The translations under genes were made by a program, and so were the position numbers. A stretch of 59,726 bases of DNA, filler included, from an uncultured bacterium (GTDB taxonomy: Bacteria > Latescibacterota > UBA2968), in the NCBI GenBank assembly GCA_964471275.1. It is 4 parts of 4 records of this genome, joined end to end, with 100 filler letters (N's around TTAATTAATTAA, not from the genome) between each part and the next. Parts side by side here need not be neighbours in the genome. Positions count along the whole stretch, not along the records: positions 1 to 15,303 come from CAYYGZ010000107.1; positions 15,404 to 30,178 come from CAYYGZ010000108.1; 2 more parts are not named here. One strand, 5' to 3'. The notes beneath the pieces are model-generated. The model searched no databases and had not been told where the DNA came from. It saw only the letters and a list, made by a program, of their open reading frames with translations. Positions 10,207 to 19,424 of the stretch are shown piece by piece. How positions within the stretch are numbered: the first letter of the stretch is position 1; every line of letters begins with the position of its first letter.

Positions 10207-10527
10207 CATTTTCCAAAACTTCCAGTGCCCGCTGGAGTTTCAGGTTGGTGGCTGCTCATTTACAACTCTCGGTATACACCAACCGTGTTTGACACGTTCT
10301 CACACACGATTTGAGCGAACTGCTGTATCGCAGGTGTCCTGCCGGAAAGTCAGACACTGGCGCAATCAGGGCTCTGAACTGATCAGCGGTTTTCTTCTGT
10401 TCGTTCCATTTTTCAGTTTGCGCAGGCAAGATAGTGCCCGCCAGCTCAGCCTGAGACCTAAACGCAGGTGGCGTCAATGATACACACAACACAGGAATTC
10501 CATTTTCGATCACGTAGCAACACAACG

Positions 10528-11811
10528 ATGGGACGCTTGCTCGATCGTGAATCGCGCGGTCAGCCGATCCGGGTGGCCGTCGTGGGAGCAGGTGACTATG
10601 GCGAGAGCCTGGTTTGTCAGCTGGCAACGATACCCGGGATGATGCCGTCCGTGATCTGTGACCTCAACCCGGACAAGGCGATGGCGGCCTACCAGATGGC
10701 CGGGCTGAATGCGGACGAGTTCGCGATTTCCGACACTCAGAGCCATCTGGATGATCGCGTGGCAGGCAACCGTCCGGCAATCGTCGTGGATCTGAGTGTG
10801 GCCGCCCGGTCACCGGTTGACGTGGTTGTCGATTGCACAGGGGAGCCGGAGGTCGGTGCGCGTTTGGCCAGCGTGTCTGTCGAGAACGGCAAACACGTGG
10901 TGATGGTGAATGTGGAAGCAGACATCACGGTGGGTCTCGAACTGGCGACGATGGCGAGCAAGGCAGGCGTCACGTATTCGCTGGCGGATGGGGATCAGCC
11001 GAGCCTGATCGTGGAGCTTGTCGATTGGTCCCGGTGTCTGGGGTTCGAGACGGTATGCGCAGGCAAGTCGACAAAGGTCACGCCCTGGGAAGAGGCGAGA
11101 CGCGGACTCGAGAATCGTGAGACAGCGATCACTAAGTGCAACGTGACCTATGCGGATGTGACGAAGACCCAGATCGAGATGGCGAGTGCCGCGAACGCGA
11201 CGGGGCTGTCGATCGATGTGGACGGGATGCACGGGCCGAGCCTGTCGCTCGATGCGGTTCCAAGTATGATGCGACCGAAATCCGAAGGTGGACTGCTCTC
11301 GTCTGCCGGTGTGGTCGATTACGTTAACAACCTGATGCTGGATGGTACAGAGGTCCCGAATGCCTTCAAGGGGGTGTTCGTGGTGGGGAAGACACTCTCG
11401 GAGCGCAGTCGACAGGTGATGGCCAGCAAGGGGGTAGTGGTCAGCCCCGACAAGACACATACTCTCCTCTATCGTCCCTATCACCTCGTCGGTGTCGAGA
11501 CGCCCTGGTCAATCCAGCGGGCCGTGCTAGACAATACCCCTACAGGCGCGGCCTATGTTCGGAATGTTGAAGTCGTCGCCGTCGCGAAGAAGGCGATGAA
11601 AGCGGGCGAGTCGCTGGAAGGGATCGGGACTGATGAAATCAAAGGCGTTGCCGTGGCAGCTGACATCGCCGCAGAAGAAAGGTATGTCCCGGCCGGGATG
11701 ATGCAGGACTGCAGGTTGAAGAAGGATATCGAAACAGACGACAGAATCCGGCTCGAGGATCTCGAACCCCCGTCCGAATCGACGATCTGGCGACTCAGGG
11801 ATCTCGGCTGA
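10528..11811 (+). CDS. NAD(P)-dependent oxidoreductase, homoserine-dehydrogenase-like with C-terminal SAF domain (COG4091-like)
   Basis: VAVVGAG, KHVVMVNVEADITVG, GDQP, LYRPYHL, EVVAVAKK; start uncertain (10468 possible). Confidence 0.85.
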   Translation: MGRLLDRESRGQPIRVAVVGAGDYGESLVCQLATIPGMMPSVICDLNPDKAMAAYQMAGLNADEFAISDTQSHLDDRVAGNRPAIVVDLSVAARSPVDVVVDCTGEPEVGARLASVSVENGKHVVMVNVEADITVGLELATMASKAGVTYSLADGDQPSLIVELVDWSRCLGFETVCAGKSTKVTPWEEARRGLENRETAITKCNVTYADVTKTQIEMASAANATGLSIDVDGMHGPSLSLDAVPSMMRPKSEGGLLSSAGVVDYVNNLMLDGTEVPNAFKGVFVVGKTLSERSRQVMASKGVVVSPDKTHTLLYRPYHLVGVETPWSIQRAVLDNTPTGAAYVRNVEVVAVAKKAMKAGESLEGIGTDEIKGVAVAADIAAEERYVPAGMMQDCRLKKDIETDDRIRLEDLEPPSESTIWRLRDLG

Positions 11812-12704
11812 TGTCTGTTCACGTTGTGGGAAACAGTGTCCTCGATATACACCTGTCTGCCGAAGATGACAATGCATCCTTTGACCACGGATGGGCGTCT
11901 GGCAATGTTCAGTTTCTGGACGATCCGCCCCGAGCGGTTCTCGGAGGGAACGGTGCGGCGACGGCCTATGCACTCGGTCGGCTTGGGGTGCCTGTCGGTC
12001 TGAACACGATGATCGGATCCGATGTGTGGGGGGACGTGATCTTCCGCTGGTTGGAAGATGCGGATGTGCATCCGCTCAGGGATCACGCGGGGTCGACACC
12101 CGTAAACGTCGTGCGTTCGCGGGCCAGCGACGGTGCGCGCCTATCGAGTTTCTATAGCGGGAGCAAGCTCGATTGGTCGGCCGGCCTGGAAGCTTTCGGC
12201 GGCGGGTGGTTCTTTGCGTCGGTGTATGGGCGCGTGGGAGAAGCAGATTTCGTGCTGCTTGTCGCGGCTTTCGAGGTGGCAAGGGCCGGCAGGATCTGCT
12301 TCGATCCCGGGCCCTGGTTTGCGCGGTCCGTTCCGCCAGACATCTTCCGCAGCTGCGTGAGAAGGTTCGACTACCTGACCGGCACCGAAGAGGAACTGCG
12401 ATCCTGGTCGGATGCCGAATCCATCGAGGACCTGATGGCCGATTTTCTTGGGCTCGGCGTCGGAAATGGTGTGGTGAAACCGGGTGCAGATGGAGCATCA
12501 TTTGCGTCTGAAGACAGTCGGGGGCACATCCGGTGTACTCCCGTCGAGGGAGCGCAAACGGTCGGCGCTGGGAATACCTTCAACGGAGCCCTGATTGCAG
12601 AGCTATACCGCGGAAAGCGCCTGGAGGAGAGTGTGCGGTGCGCTGTGATCCGGGCCGAAACCGCAGTGCGATCGGGTAGAGGCGTGCTTGGGGCGTTCGA
12701 TTGA
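11811..12704 (+). CDS. PfkB/ribokinase family carbohydrate kinase (catalytic Asp replaced by Asn)
   Basis: GGNG..A..LGRLG, IGSDVWG, FDPG; C-terminal TVGAGNTF instead of GAGD. Confidence 0.85.
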   Translation: MSVHVVGNSVLDIHLSAEDDNASFDHGWASGNVQFLDDPPRAVLGGNGAATAYALGRLGVPVGLNTMIGSDVWGDVIFRWLEDADVHPLRDHAGSTPVNVVRSRASDGARLSSFYSGSKLDWSAGLEAFGGGWFFASVYGRVGEADFVLLVAAFEVARAGRICFDPGPWFARSVPPDIFRSCVRRFDYLTGTEEELRSWSDAESIEDLMADFLGLGVGNGVVKPGADGASFASEDSRGHIRCTPVEGAQTVGAGNTFNGALIAELYRGKRLEESVRCAVIRAETAVRSGRGVLGAFD

Positions 12705-12821
12705 GACAGCGTTCAGGCTGAATCGCTTTGACACCCTTTGGGTCGCCGTTATATTGGGTCGCCTTACCACAAATGGCACAACAACGCGCCTGGATGGCGC
12801 CGGAAACAGGAGGATATCAAG

Positions 12822-13988
12822 ATGGCAAAGCAGTTGAACGTTGCCTTGCTGGGATACCAGTTTATGGGCAAGGCCCACAGCAATGCCTTCCGTCAGGTTC
12901 CGCGTTTCTTTCCGGATCTGGGTGTGGAGCCGGTTCTGAAGTGTCTTGTCGGCCGGAACAAGGAGGCCGTCACTTCGGCGGCGGCTGAATACGGGTTCGA
13001 GGAGATCGACACCAACTGGCGGCGCGTGGTGAATCGTCCGGATATCGATATCGTCGACGTGTGCACGCCCGGAAAGCTTCACGCACCGATGGTAATCGAA
13101 GCGCTGAAGGCCGGGAAGCACGTAATCTGCGAGAAGCCGCTGACGAACACGCTCGCCGAATCCCGCGACGTGCTCAAGGCCGCGAAGAAGTCGAAGAAGA
13201 AGACGCTGACGGCCTACAACTACCGACGTGTTCCTGCGGTCGCTCTCGCGAAACAGCTGATCCAGGAAGGGCGAATCGGAGAGATCTACCACTGGCGCGC
13301 GGTCTACCTGCAGGATTGGATTATGGATCCGGACTTCCCGCTTGTCTGGCGGCTCAAGAAGAACGAGGCGGGTTCGGGACCGCACGGCGATCTGAACGCG
13401 CACATCACGGATCTGGCGATGCATCTGGTGGGTGAGATCGATTCGGTTGTCGGGATGACCGAGACGTTTATCAAGGAGCGTCCGGTCGCCGATGCCATCG
13501 ATGCCGGGCTGGGGGCGAAAGGCCGATCCAAAAAGAAGGGCAAGGTGACGGTCGAGGACGCCTGTCTGTTTCTCGCGCGGTTCAAGAACGGTGCGCTGGG
13601 ATCGTTCGAAGCGACACGCTTTGCGAAGGGGCGCCGGAATCACAATCGGTTCGAGATCAACGGCAGCAAGGGTAGTATCGTCTTCAACCTGGAGAAGATG
13701 AACGAGATCCAGTTCTTCTCGGACGACGATGACTGCCACATTCAGGGCTTTCGCGAGATCATCGTGGGAGAGGCCAATCACCCTTATATGGGCTCCTGGT
13801 GGCCGGCCGGACACATCATCGGCTGGGAGCACACCTTTACGCACGAGTTCCACGATTTCCTCGAAGCGATCGCAAAGAACAAGAAGGTGGCACCGAGCTT
13901 CCACGACGGAGCGAAGGTGCAGGCTGTTCTGGAAGCCGTGATGGATTCGGCGAAGTCGAAGCGCTGGCAAAAAGTGGCGAGGATATAG
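12822..13988 (+). CDS. Gfo/Idh/MocA oxidoreductase, levoglucosan dehydrogenase-like subfamily
   Basis: GGAGG RBS then MAKQLNVALLGYQFMGKAHS; CEKPL, NYRRVPAV, YLQDW, GDLNAH, FEATRFAKG. Confidence 0.92.
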   Translation: MAKQLNVALLGYQFMGKAHSNAFRQVPRFFPDLGVEPVLKCLVGRNKEAVTSAAAEYGFEEIDTNWRRVVNRPDIDIVDVCTPGKLHAPMVIEALKAGKHVICEKPLTNTLAESRDVLKAAKKSKKKTLTAYNYRRVPAVALAKQLIQEGRIGEIYHWRAVYLQDWIMDPDFPLVWRLKKNEAGSGPHGDLNAHITDLAMHLVGEIDSVVGMTETFIKERPVADAIDAGLGAKGRSKKKGKVTVEDACLFLARFKNGALGSFEATRFAKGRRNHNRFEINGSKGSIVFNLEKMNEIQFFSDDDDCHIQGFREIIVGEANHPYMGSWWPAGHIIGWEHTFTHEFHDFLEAIAKNKKVAPSFHDGAKVQAVLEAVMDSAKSKRWQKVARI

Positions 13989-14148
13989 AAGATTTAGGAG
14001 CGAGTATCGAGGATTGGGCTGGTTGAGTGCAAACAAGCCAGATGGTTCAGGAATTCGACTGTTGTCACCCAACCTGGCACGGGTATAGCCAACAATCTTC
14101 TTTCTTCCATCTTCTATTCTCAATCCAAACACACACGAGGGACGCTAA

Positions 14149-15150
14149 ATGAGCAATAGACCCTGTACACTGTTCACCGGCCAGTGGGCCGATCTGCCGC
14201 TCGAGGTGCTGGCATCCAAGGCAAGCGACTGGGGGTATGATGGTTTGGAGCTCGCCTGTTGGGGAGACCATTTCGACGTGCACAAGGCTGCGTCGAGTGA
14301 CAAGTATTGCAGAGAGAAGAAGGAGCTTCTGGCGGCGTATGACCTGAAGTGTTGGTCGATCTCGAATCATCTCGCGGGCCAGGCTGTCTGCGATCTGGTC
14401 GATGATCGCCACGCGGCGATCCTGCCGCCCAAGGTCTATGGAAACGGGAAGCCCGAGCAGGTCAGACGTCGTGCGGCCAAGGAGATGATGGTTACGGCTG
14501 AGGCGGCCAAAGCGCTTGGCGTCAAGGTCGTGAACGGGTTTACGGGCTCATCGATCTGGCACCTGCTGTATTCGTTCCCTCCGGTCGCACCCGAAGCGAT
14601 CGATGCAGGGCTTGCCGATTTTGCAGATCGCTGGAATCCGATCTTGGATGTGTTCAAGAAGAATCGCATTCGCTTCGCACTCGAAGTGCACCCGACGGAA
14701 ATTGCCTTCGATATCTCTTCCGCCGCCCGCGCAGTGAAGGCGCTGAAGGGGCGCAAGGAGTTCGGGTTCAACTACGACCCGAGTCACCTGGTCTACCAGA
14801 ATGTGGACTATGTTGGGTTCATCCGGGAGTTCTGCAACCGGATCTACCACGTGCATATGAAGGATGCGTATCTGGATCCGAAGCCGAAGCGAGCGGGCGT
14901 GTTCGGCGGTCATACGAGTTTCGGCGACCCCGATCGATCCTGGGACTTCCGGTCGCTTGGTCGAGGCAGTGTCGACTTCGAAGAGGTCATTCGCGCGCTT
15001 AACGACATTGGCTACAACGGCCCGCTGTCCGTCGAGTGGGAGGACTCCGGAATGGATCGCGAACACGGGGCCGAAGAGGCTTGTCAGTTCGTGAACAGCG
15101 TTGATTTCCCGCCATCTGGAATCGCTTTTGACGACGCGTTTGCTGAGTAG
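14149..15150 (+). CDS. Sugar phosphate isomerase/epimerase (xylose-isomerase-like TIM barrel, AP_endonuc_2)
   Basis: [37 protein letters not shown] metal-ligand motifs. Confidence 0.92.
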   Translation: MSNRPCTLFTGQWADLPLEVLASKASDWGYDGLELACWGDHFDVHKAASSDKYCREKKELLAAYDLKCWSISNHLAGQAVCDLVDDRHAAILPPKVYGNGKPEQVRRRAAKEMMVTAEAAKALGVKVVNGFTGSSIWHLLYSFPPVAPEAIDAGLADFADRWNPILDVFKKNRIRFALEVHPTEIAFDISSAARAVKALKGRKEFGFNYDPSHLVYQNVDYVGFIREFCNRIYHVHMKDAYLDPKPKRAGVFGGHTSFGDPDRSWDFRSLGRGSVDFEEVIRALNDIGYNGPLSVEWEDSGMDREHGAEEACQFVNSVDFPPSGIAFDDAFAE

Positions 15151-15170
15151 GCAACAGCGGATACCGAACG

Positions 15171-15202
15171 GGCGCCAGCAGGTCCACTGCTGGCGCCTTT
15201 TT
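15171..15202 (+). terminator. Intrinsic terminator
   Basis: Perfect 11-bp stem GGCGCCAGCAG-gtcca-CTGCTGGCGCC followed by TTTTT. Confidence 0.85.
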
Positions 15203-15217
15203 CATAGAGGTCACCCA

Positions 15218-15303
15218 ATGGTCTTTCGCGGATTCGCACTTTTTTTCGTTCTGATTCTGTCCGCCTGCAGTCAGGGACATAATGATACTGTTGTGTTCGG
15301 GCG
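15218..15303 (+). CDS. Lipoprotein N-terminus, truncated by contig end
   Basis: GAGG RBS; MVFRGFALFFVLILSAC signal peptide with lipobox. Confidence 0.6.
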
Positions 15304-15403
15304 NNNNNNNNNNNNNNNNNNNNNNNNNNNNNNNNNNNNNNNNNNNNTTAATTAATTAANNNNNNNNNNNNNNNNNNNNNNNNNNNNNNNNNNNNNNNNN
15401 NNN
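15304..15403. other. Artificial contig-joining linker
   Basis: N44-TTAATTAATTAA-N44, stop codons in all six frames. Confidence 0.98.
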
Positions 15404-15802
15404 ATCCTGCGCCTCCATGCGGGTTGGGCTGAACATGAATCTAGATGATGCACTTGAATCCTTTGCCAAAGATGGTAGGTCTCTGCGCCACAGCTGCGAA
15501 TCGGTCGAGGGTTCCGTGAGGATCATTCTGCGCAAGGCCGGAACGACGCTATCCGGACAGGTCGTGAATCTGAGTGCGGGCGGCGTAGGGGGTTCGTGAC
15601 CGACAAGGACGCGCCTGTTCATCTCAGAATCGTCTGGCCCGAGGAAGATTCTGTTGAGACACGAGCGCGGGGCGGCTGGGTAGACCCCAAACAAAAAGAG
15701 CCTGTGTATGGGCTCGTGTTCGAGGATCTGGGATCAGGAGCTTCAGATGTTGTCCACCGACGTCTGGTCGGTCACATCGTGCGTCGTCATATGGAAGAAT
15801 AA
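15404..15802 (+). pseudogene. PilZ-domain protein, frameshifted in G5 run (15588-15592); 5' end may lie beyond the contig edge
   Basis: GQVVNLSAGGV (D/NxSxxG) in one frame; ...GWVD...YGLVFEDL in the next frame. Confidence 0.65.
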
Positions 15803-15865
15803 ACAGCTGGGAATATGGAGGATTCGTGGGGCCAGGGAAAGGGAATCCTGGACCCCTTTTGTGTA

Positions 15866-16390
15866 CTAGCTGGCTTCGCGACCCTCGGTGACCTCGTCTG
15901 CTGCCTGACGCTGGCCCAGTTCGCGATCCATCAGGAACAGACCGTTGCCGTCATTCCCGACGAGCTTGAGCTGCTGGATGATCTCTGATGCTGTGGACTC
16001 TTCCTCCACCTGCTCGGTCACGAACCATTGAAGGAATGTGTTTGAGGCGTGATCTCGCATCTCGAGGCTCAGATCGACCAGACCATAGATCCTCTGGGTG
16101 ACTTCCTGTTCATGCTTGAGCGCATCCTCGAACGCGTGGAGAGGCGATTCCCATTTCTGCGGCGGCGCGGCGATCGGTCTGAGCTCGACAACACCCTCTC
16201 GATCGTTGATGAAGTCGTAGAATTTCCCCGCGTGTGCCAGCTCTTCCTGATACTGCATGCGCATCCACGTACCGAAGCCGTTCAGATCGGTGTCGTGAAA
16301 ATGTGCCGACATGGCAAGGTAGTAGTAGGCAGAGAAGAACTCGCTGTTGAGGTGCTCGTTGAAGGCCTCGAGCATTCTGGGAGCGATCAT
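15866..16390 (-). CDS. ftnA: Non-heme bacterial ferritin
   Basis: EFFSAYYYLAM, QYQEELAHA, HEQEVT, FLQWFVTEQVEEE; ferroxidase residues intact. Confidence 0.95.
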   Translation of the reverse strand: MIAPRMLEAFNEHLNSEFFSAYYYLAMSAHFHDTDLNGFGTWMRMQYQEELAHAGKFYDFINDREGVVELRPIAAPPQKWESPLHAFEDALKHEQEVTQRIYGLVDLSLEMRDHASNTFLQWFVTEQVEEESTASEIIQQLKLVGNDGNGLFLMDRELGQRQAADEVTEGREAS

Positions 16391-16559
16391 TGTGAACTCC
16401 TTATATATGTGTCATCAGGGGCCACATTATACACAAAAGGATATGGGATGGCCACGGAGGATTCGCCGATAAGAGGCCTTTTCACTTTACTGAAGCCCGG
16501 CTGTTACATATGGTTATCGGAACCTCGGTAAGGGGTTCCATCTGGTAGGATATGGAGGC

Positions 16560-17042
16560 GTGATGATCAAGGATAAGGTCCTGGAGGCCTTGAATACGCA
16601 GCTGAATCACGAGTTTCACTCTGCATACCACTACCTGGCGATGGAATCGTATCTCAGGTCACTAAACCTGAACGGGTTCGCTCATTGGGCTCAGCATCAG
16701 TATGATGAGGAGCGTGAACACGCACTCAAGATTTACAGATTTATACACGATCGCGACTGCAGGGTTAAGCTGGCGCCGATCGCTCAGCCTCCCGAGGACT
16801 GGGCTTCCCCAATCGCCGCGGTCGAAGACGCCTACAGGGAAGAGCAGGCCGCCAGCGAGATGATCAATGATCTTGTGGATCTTGCCCTGGCCGAGCGAGA
16901 TCACGCCACAGACATCTTTCTGCGCTGGTTCGTGGAGCGTCAGGTTGAGGAAGAGTCACACGTGAGTGATATCCTGAACAAGGTCCGAATGATCGGGGAC
17001 GACAAGTATGGTCTGTACCTGCTGGATCGTGATTTAGGGTAA
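16560..17042 (+). CDS. ftnA: Second non-heme ferritin, divergently transcribed
   Basis: EFHSAYHYLAM, DEEREHA, FLRWFVERQVEEE; GGAGG RBS. Confidence 0.93.
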   Translation: MMIKDKVLEALNTQLNHEFHSAYHYLAMESYLRSLNLNGFAHWAQHQYDEEREHALKIYRFIHDRDCRVKLAPIAQPPEDWASPIAAVEDAYREEQAASEMINDLVDLALAERDHATDIFLRWFVERQVEEESHVSDILNKVRMIGDDKYGLYLLDRDLG

Positions 17043-17050
17043 TAAAAGTG

Positions 17051-17109
17051 TTGACACAGCAGGCGTGCTGCCGTAGTGTGTCTATTAAGGTTGTTTGAGT
17101 AGCAAAACA
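17051..17109 (+). promoter_or_regulatory. feoAB promoter with putative metal-responsive operator
   Basis: TTGACA(17051)-N17-TAGTGT(17074), then TGTTTGAGTAGCAAAACA at 17092-17109. Confidence 0.65.
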
Positions 17110-17141
17110 CTCGTTTTTGTCGTATACGCAGGGGGGGGCTC

Positions 17142-17417
17142 TTGCTCGGGTTTGTTTCCACACAGTCCGAAGTCCTGGATCGCGGCTCACTATGCGGCCA
17201 GTCGCGGAACAAGATCTCAACGATCCAAGAGGTCGGAGGTTCTGAATCGTTCCGGAATCGGCTGAAGTCTATCGGCATCGTGTCCGGGTCACGCATCAGA
17301 GTGCTGCGGACCGGCTGTCCCGTTGTTGTGCACTCAGAGGGCGGGCGATTCTGCCTCCGAAAGGAGGATGCTTCGCGGATCAGAGTCACACCTGTGACCG
17401 CAGAAGCTGATGCGTGA
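17142..17417 (+). CDS. feoA: Ferrous iron transport protein A
   Basis: RLKSIGIVSGSRIRVLR...P...LRKEDASRIRV SH3-like FeoA pattern; overlaps feoB start. Confidence 0.88.
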   Translation: MLGFVSTQSEVLDRGSLCGQSRNKISTIQEVGGSESFRNRLKSIGIVSGSRIRVLRTGCPVVVHSEGGRFCLRKEDASRIRVTPVTAEADA

Positions 17418-19288
17418 GTTCTGTTTCAGAGCCGCAGGATGACGTTGTCCCACTGATCGGCGTCGTCGGCAACCCCAACACAGGCAAGACGACACTCTTT
17501 AATGCACTGACCGGACTGAACCAGCGCGTCGGGAACTACTCCGGCGTGACGGTCGAACGGAAACAGGGCACCCTCCGTATTTCAGAAAGCTCATCTCTCG
17601 AGCTACTCGACCTCCCAGGAAGCTATTCTCTGGCAGGTCACTCTCCTGACGAACAGATCGTAACCGAAGTCCTCGAACATCGCGCCGACGGCCCCAACCC
17701 GTTGGTGGGCGTCCTCATCGTCGTTGATGCTGTTTATCTCCGAAGAAACTTCAATCTCGTTGCCCAGGTGCTGTCAACCGGTCTTCCCTGCGCGGTTGTG
17801 GTCAATATGGTCGACCTTGCCCGAAACGAAGGGATCTCGATCGACTTCGATGAGCTTTCGAATCGAATGGGTGTCGACGTCTTTCCGGTCTGTGCAACGC
17901 AGAAAGAGGGTCTATCCGACCTGATCGACGGTGCAGCGCGATTGCGGACACCAGACCCGGTGGGTGACGATCTGGATGCGTGGATCGACACAACGCTGGC
18001 CGACTGCCTGGATCAGCCCGAGGGTCTGGCAGAGAGCCCGTCGGATCGTATCGATCGAGTCGTGACGCACCCTGTCTACGGCACGATCGTTTTTGCGGCG
18101 GTGATGACGCTGGTGTTCGAAGCCATCTTTACCTGGGCGTCGCCAGTGATGGACGCGATCGATTTCGCTGTCGGTCTTCTGGGTGACGGTGTCGGCGGTC
18201 TTGTCCCCGAGGGTCTCGCGAGAGGCCTCGTTGTCGATGGCGTCGTCGCGGGCGTGGGGTCTGTCGTTATCTTTCTTCCGCAGATCGCTTTCCTGTTCAT
18301 CGCCATCGCGATCCTCGAAGATTGCGGCTACATGCCGCGAGCCGCCATGCTGATGGATCGTCTACTTCGCCGGTGTGGGCTGTCCGGTCGATCCTTTATT
18401 CCAATGCTCTGCAGTTTTGCGTGTGCGATACCCGGGATCATGGCTGCGCGCACGATCGAGGACCGGAAAGATCGCCTGGTCACGATTCTGGTTGCGCCGC
18501 TAATGAGCTGCTCCGCCCGGTTGCCTGTGTACACGATTTTTATTGCGGCCTTCATTCCTGCTCATTCGCTGGCCGGGGGAATTGTTGGTCTGCAGACCGC
18601 AACGATGATGGGTCTTTACCTGCTCGGTGTCGTGGTCGCGGTTCCGGTCGCGCTCTTGTTGAAGCGATCTGCTCTCAAGGGCAAGACGGGGCCGTTCCTC
18701 ATGGAATTACCATCCTATAAGATGCCGAACGCGAGAACGGTCTGGCTTCGGGTGTACCACGCGTGTCAGGAATTCCTGCGTAAAGCGGGCACCGTGATCT
18801 TCGCTGCTTCCGTAATTGTATGGGCGCTGGCGACGTTTCCGCGAACCGAGACCGATGATCCTTCACTTGCGCTCCGGAACAGTGTGCTCGGTGTGACAGG
18901 CCAGGTGATCGAGCCGATTGTGAAGCCGCTGGGCTGGGACTGGCGTCTGGCTATCGCGACACTCAGCGCATTTCCTGCCCGCGAGATCGCCGTATCATCG
19001 CTGGGGACGATCTACAGCGTTGAGGATCCTGAGGAGAACAGCGAGTCTCTGAAGGCGGCGCTCGTCAATGCCAGATCGGCTGACGGGAGCCCGGCGGTCA
19101 CGCTACCTGTCGTGCTTTCGGTGCTCGTCTTCTTCGCCCTTTGCGCACAATGCTCCTCGACCCTCGTAGTTATCAAGAAGGAGGCGGGTTCTTGGGGATG
19201 GGCGCTCTTCACTTTTGTCTACATGACCGGTCTGGCCTACGCCGGGGCGTTTCTGATCTACCAAACGATGATGGCTGTGGGGAGGTAG
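17414..19288 (+). CDS. feoB: Ferrous iron transport protein B
   Basis: GNPNTGKT, VGNYSGVTVE, DLPG, NMVD G-motifs; gate motifs FACAIP, MSCSARLP, MELPSY. Confidence 0.97.
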   Translation: MSSVSEPQDDVVPLIGVVGNPNTGKTTLFNALTGLNQRVGNYSGVTVERKQGTLRISESSSLELLDLPGSYSLAGHSPDEQIVTEVLEHRADGPNPLVGVLIVVDAVYLRRNFNLVAQVLSTGLPCAVVVNMVDLARNEGISIDFDELSNRMGVDVFPVCATQKEGLSDLIDGAARLRTPDPVGDDLDAWIDTTLADCLDQPEGLAESPSDRIDRVVTHPVYGTIVFAAVMTLVFEAIFTWASPVMDAIDFAVGLLGDGVGGLVPEGLARGLVVDGVVAGVGSVVIFLPQIAFLFIAIAILEDCGYMPRAAMLMDRLLRRCGLSGRSFIPMLCSFACAIPGIMAARTIEDRKDRLVTILVAPLMSCSARLPVYTIFIAAFIPAHSLAGGIVGLQTATMMGLYLLGVVVAVPVALLLKRSALKGKTGPFLMELPSYKMPNARTVWLRVYHACQEFLRKAGTVIFAASVIVWALATFPRTETDDPSLALRNSVLGVTGQVIEPIVKPLGWDWRLAIATLSAFPAREIAVSSLGTIYSVEDPEENSESLKAALVNARSADGSPAVTLPVVLSVLVFFALCAQCSSTLVVIKKEAGSWGWALFTFVYMTGLAYAGAFLIYQTMMAVGR

Positions 19289-19323
19289 ACCCGCTTCAGG
19301 TGGTCGCGGCGCCCGGATAAGTG

Positions 19324-19382
19324 TTGACTTCGGGTGCTCTCCTGAGTATAGTTAACACATCGAATGTATTAGTAGTCAAACA
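19324..19382 (+). promoter_or_regulatory. Porin-operon promoter with the same operator-like motif
   Basis: TTGACT(19324)-N17-TATAGT(19347), then TGTATTAGTAGTCAAACA at 19365-19382. Confidence 0.7.
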
Positions 19383-19424
19383 ATAAGATTTGTAGTATAA
19401 CTTTCAAGGGGGGGCAAGCCAAGG

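Noticed and set aside
12603..14132. 509-aa antisense ORF, and similar long shadow ORFs (2066-3103, 6386-7339, 38029-38976, 52815-53843)
   Set aside because: They overlap well-supported genes, carry no recognisable motifs, and are expected in GC-rich DNA.
15348..15359. TTAATTAATTAA palindrome (also at 30223 and 45053) as a biological repeat
   Set aside because: Embedded in N-runs of fixed length; it is a six-frame-stop linker.
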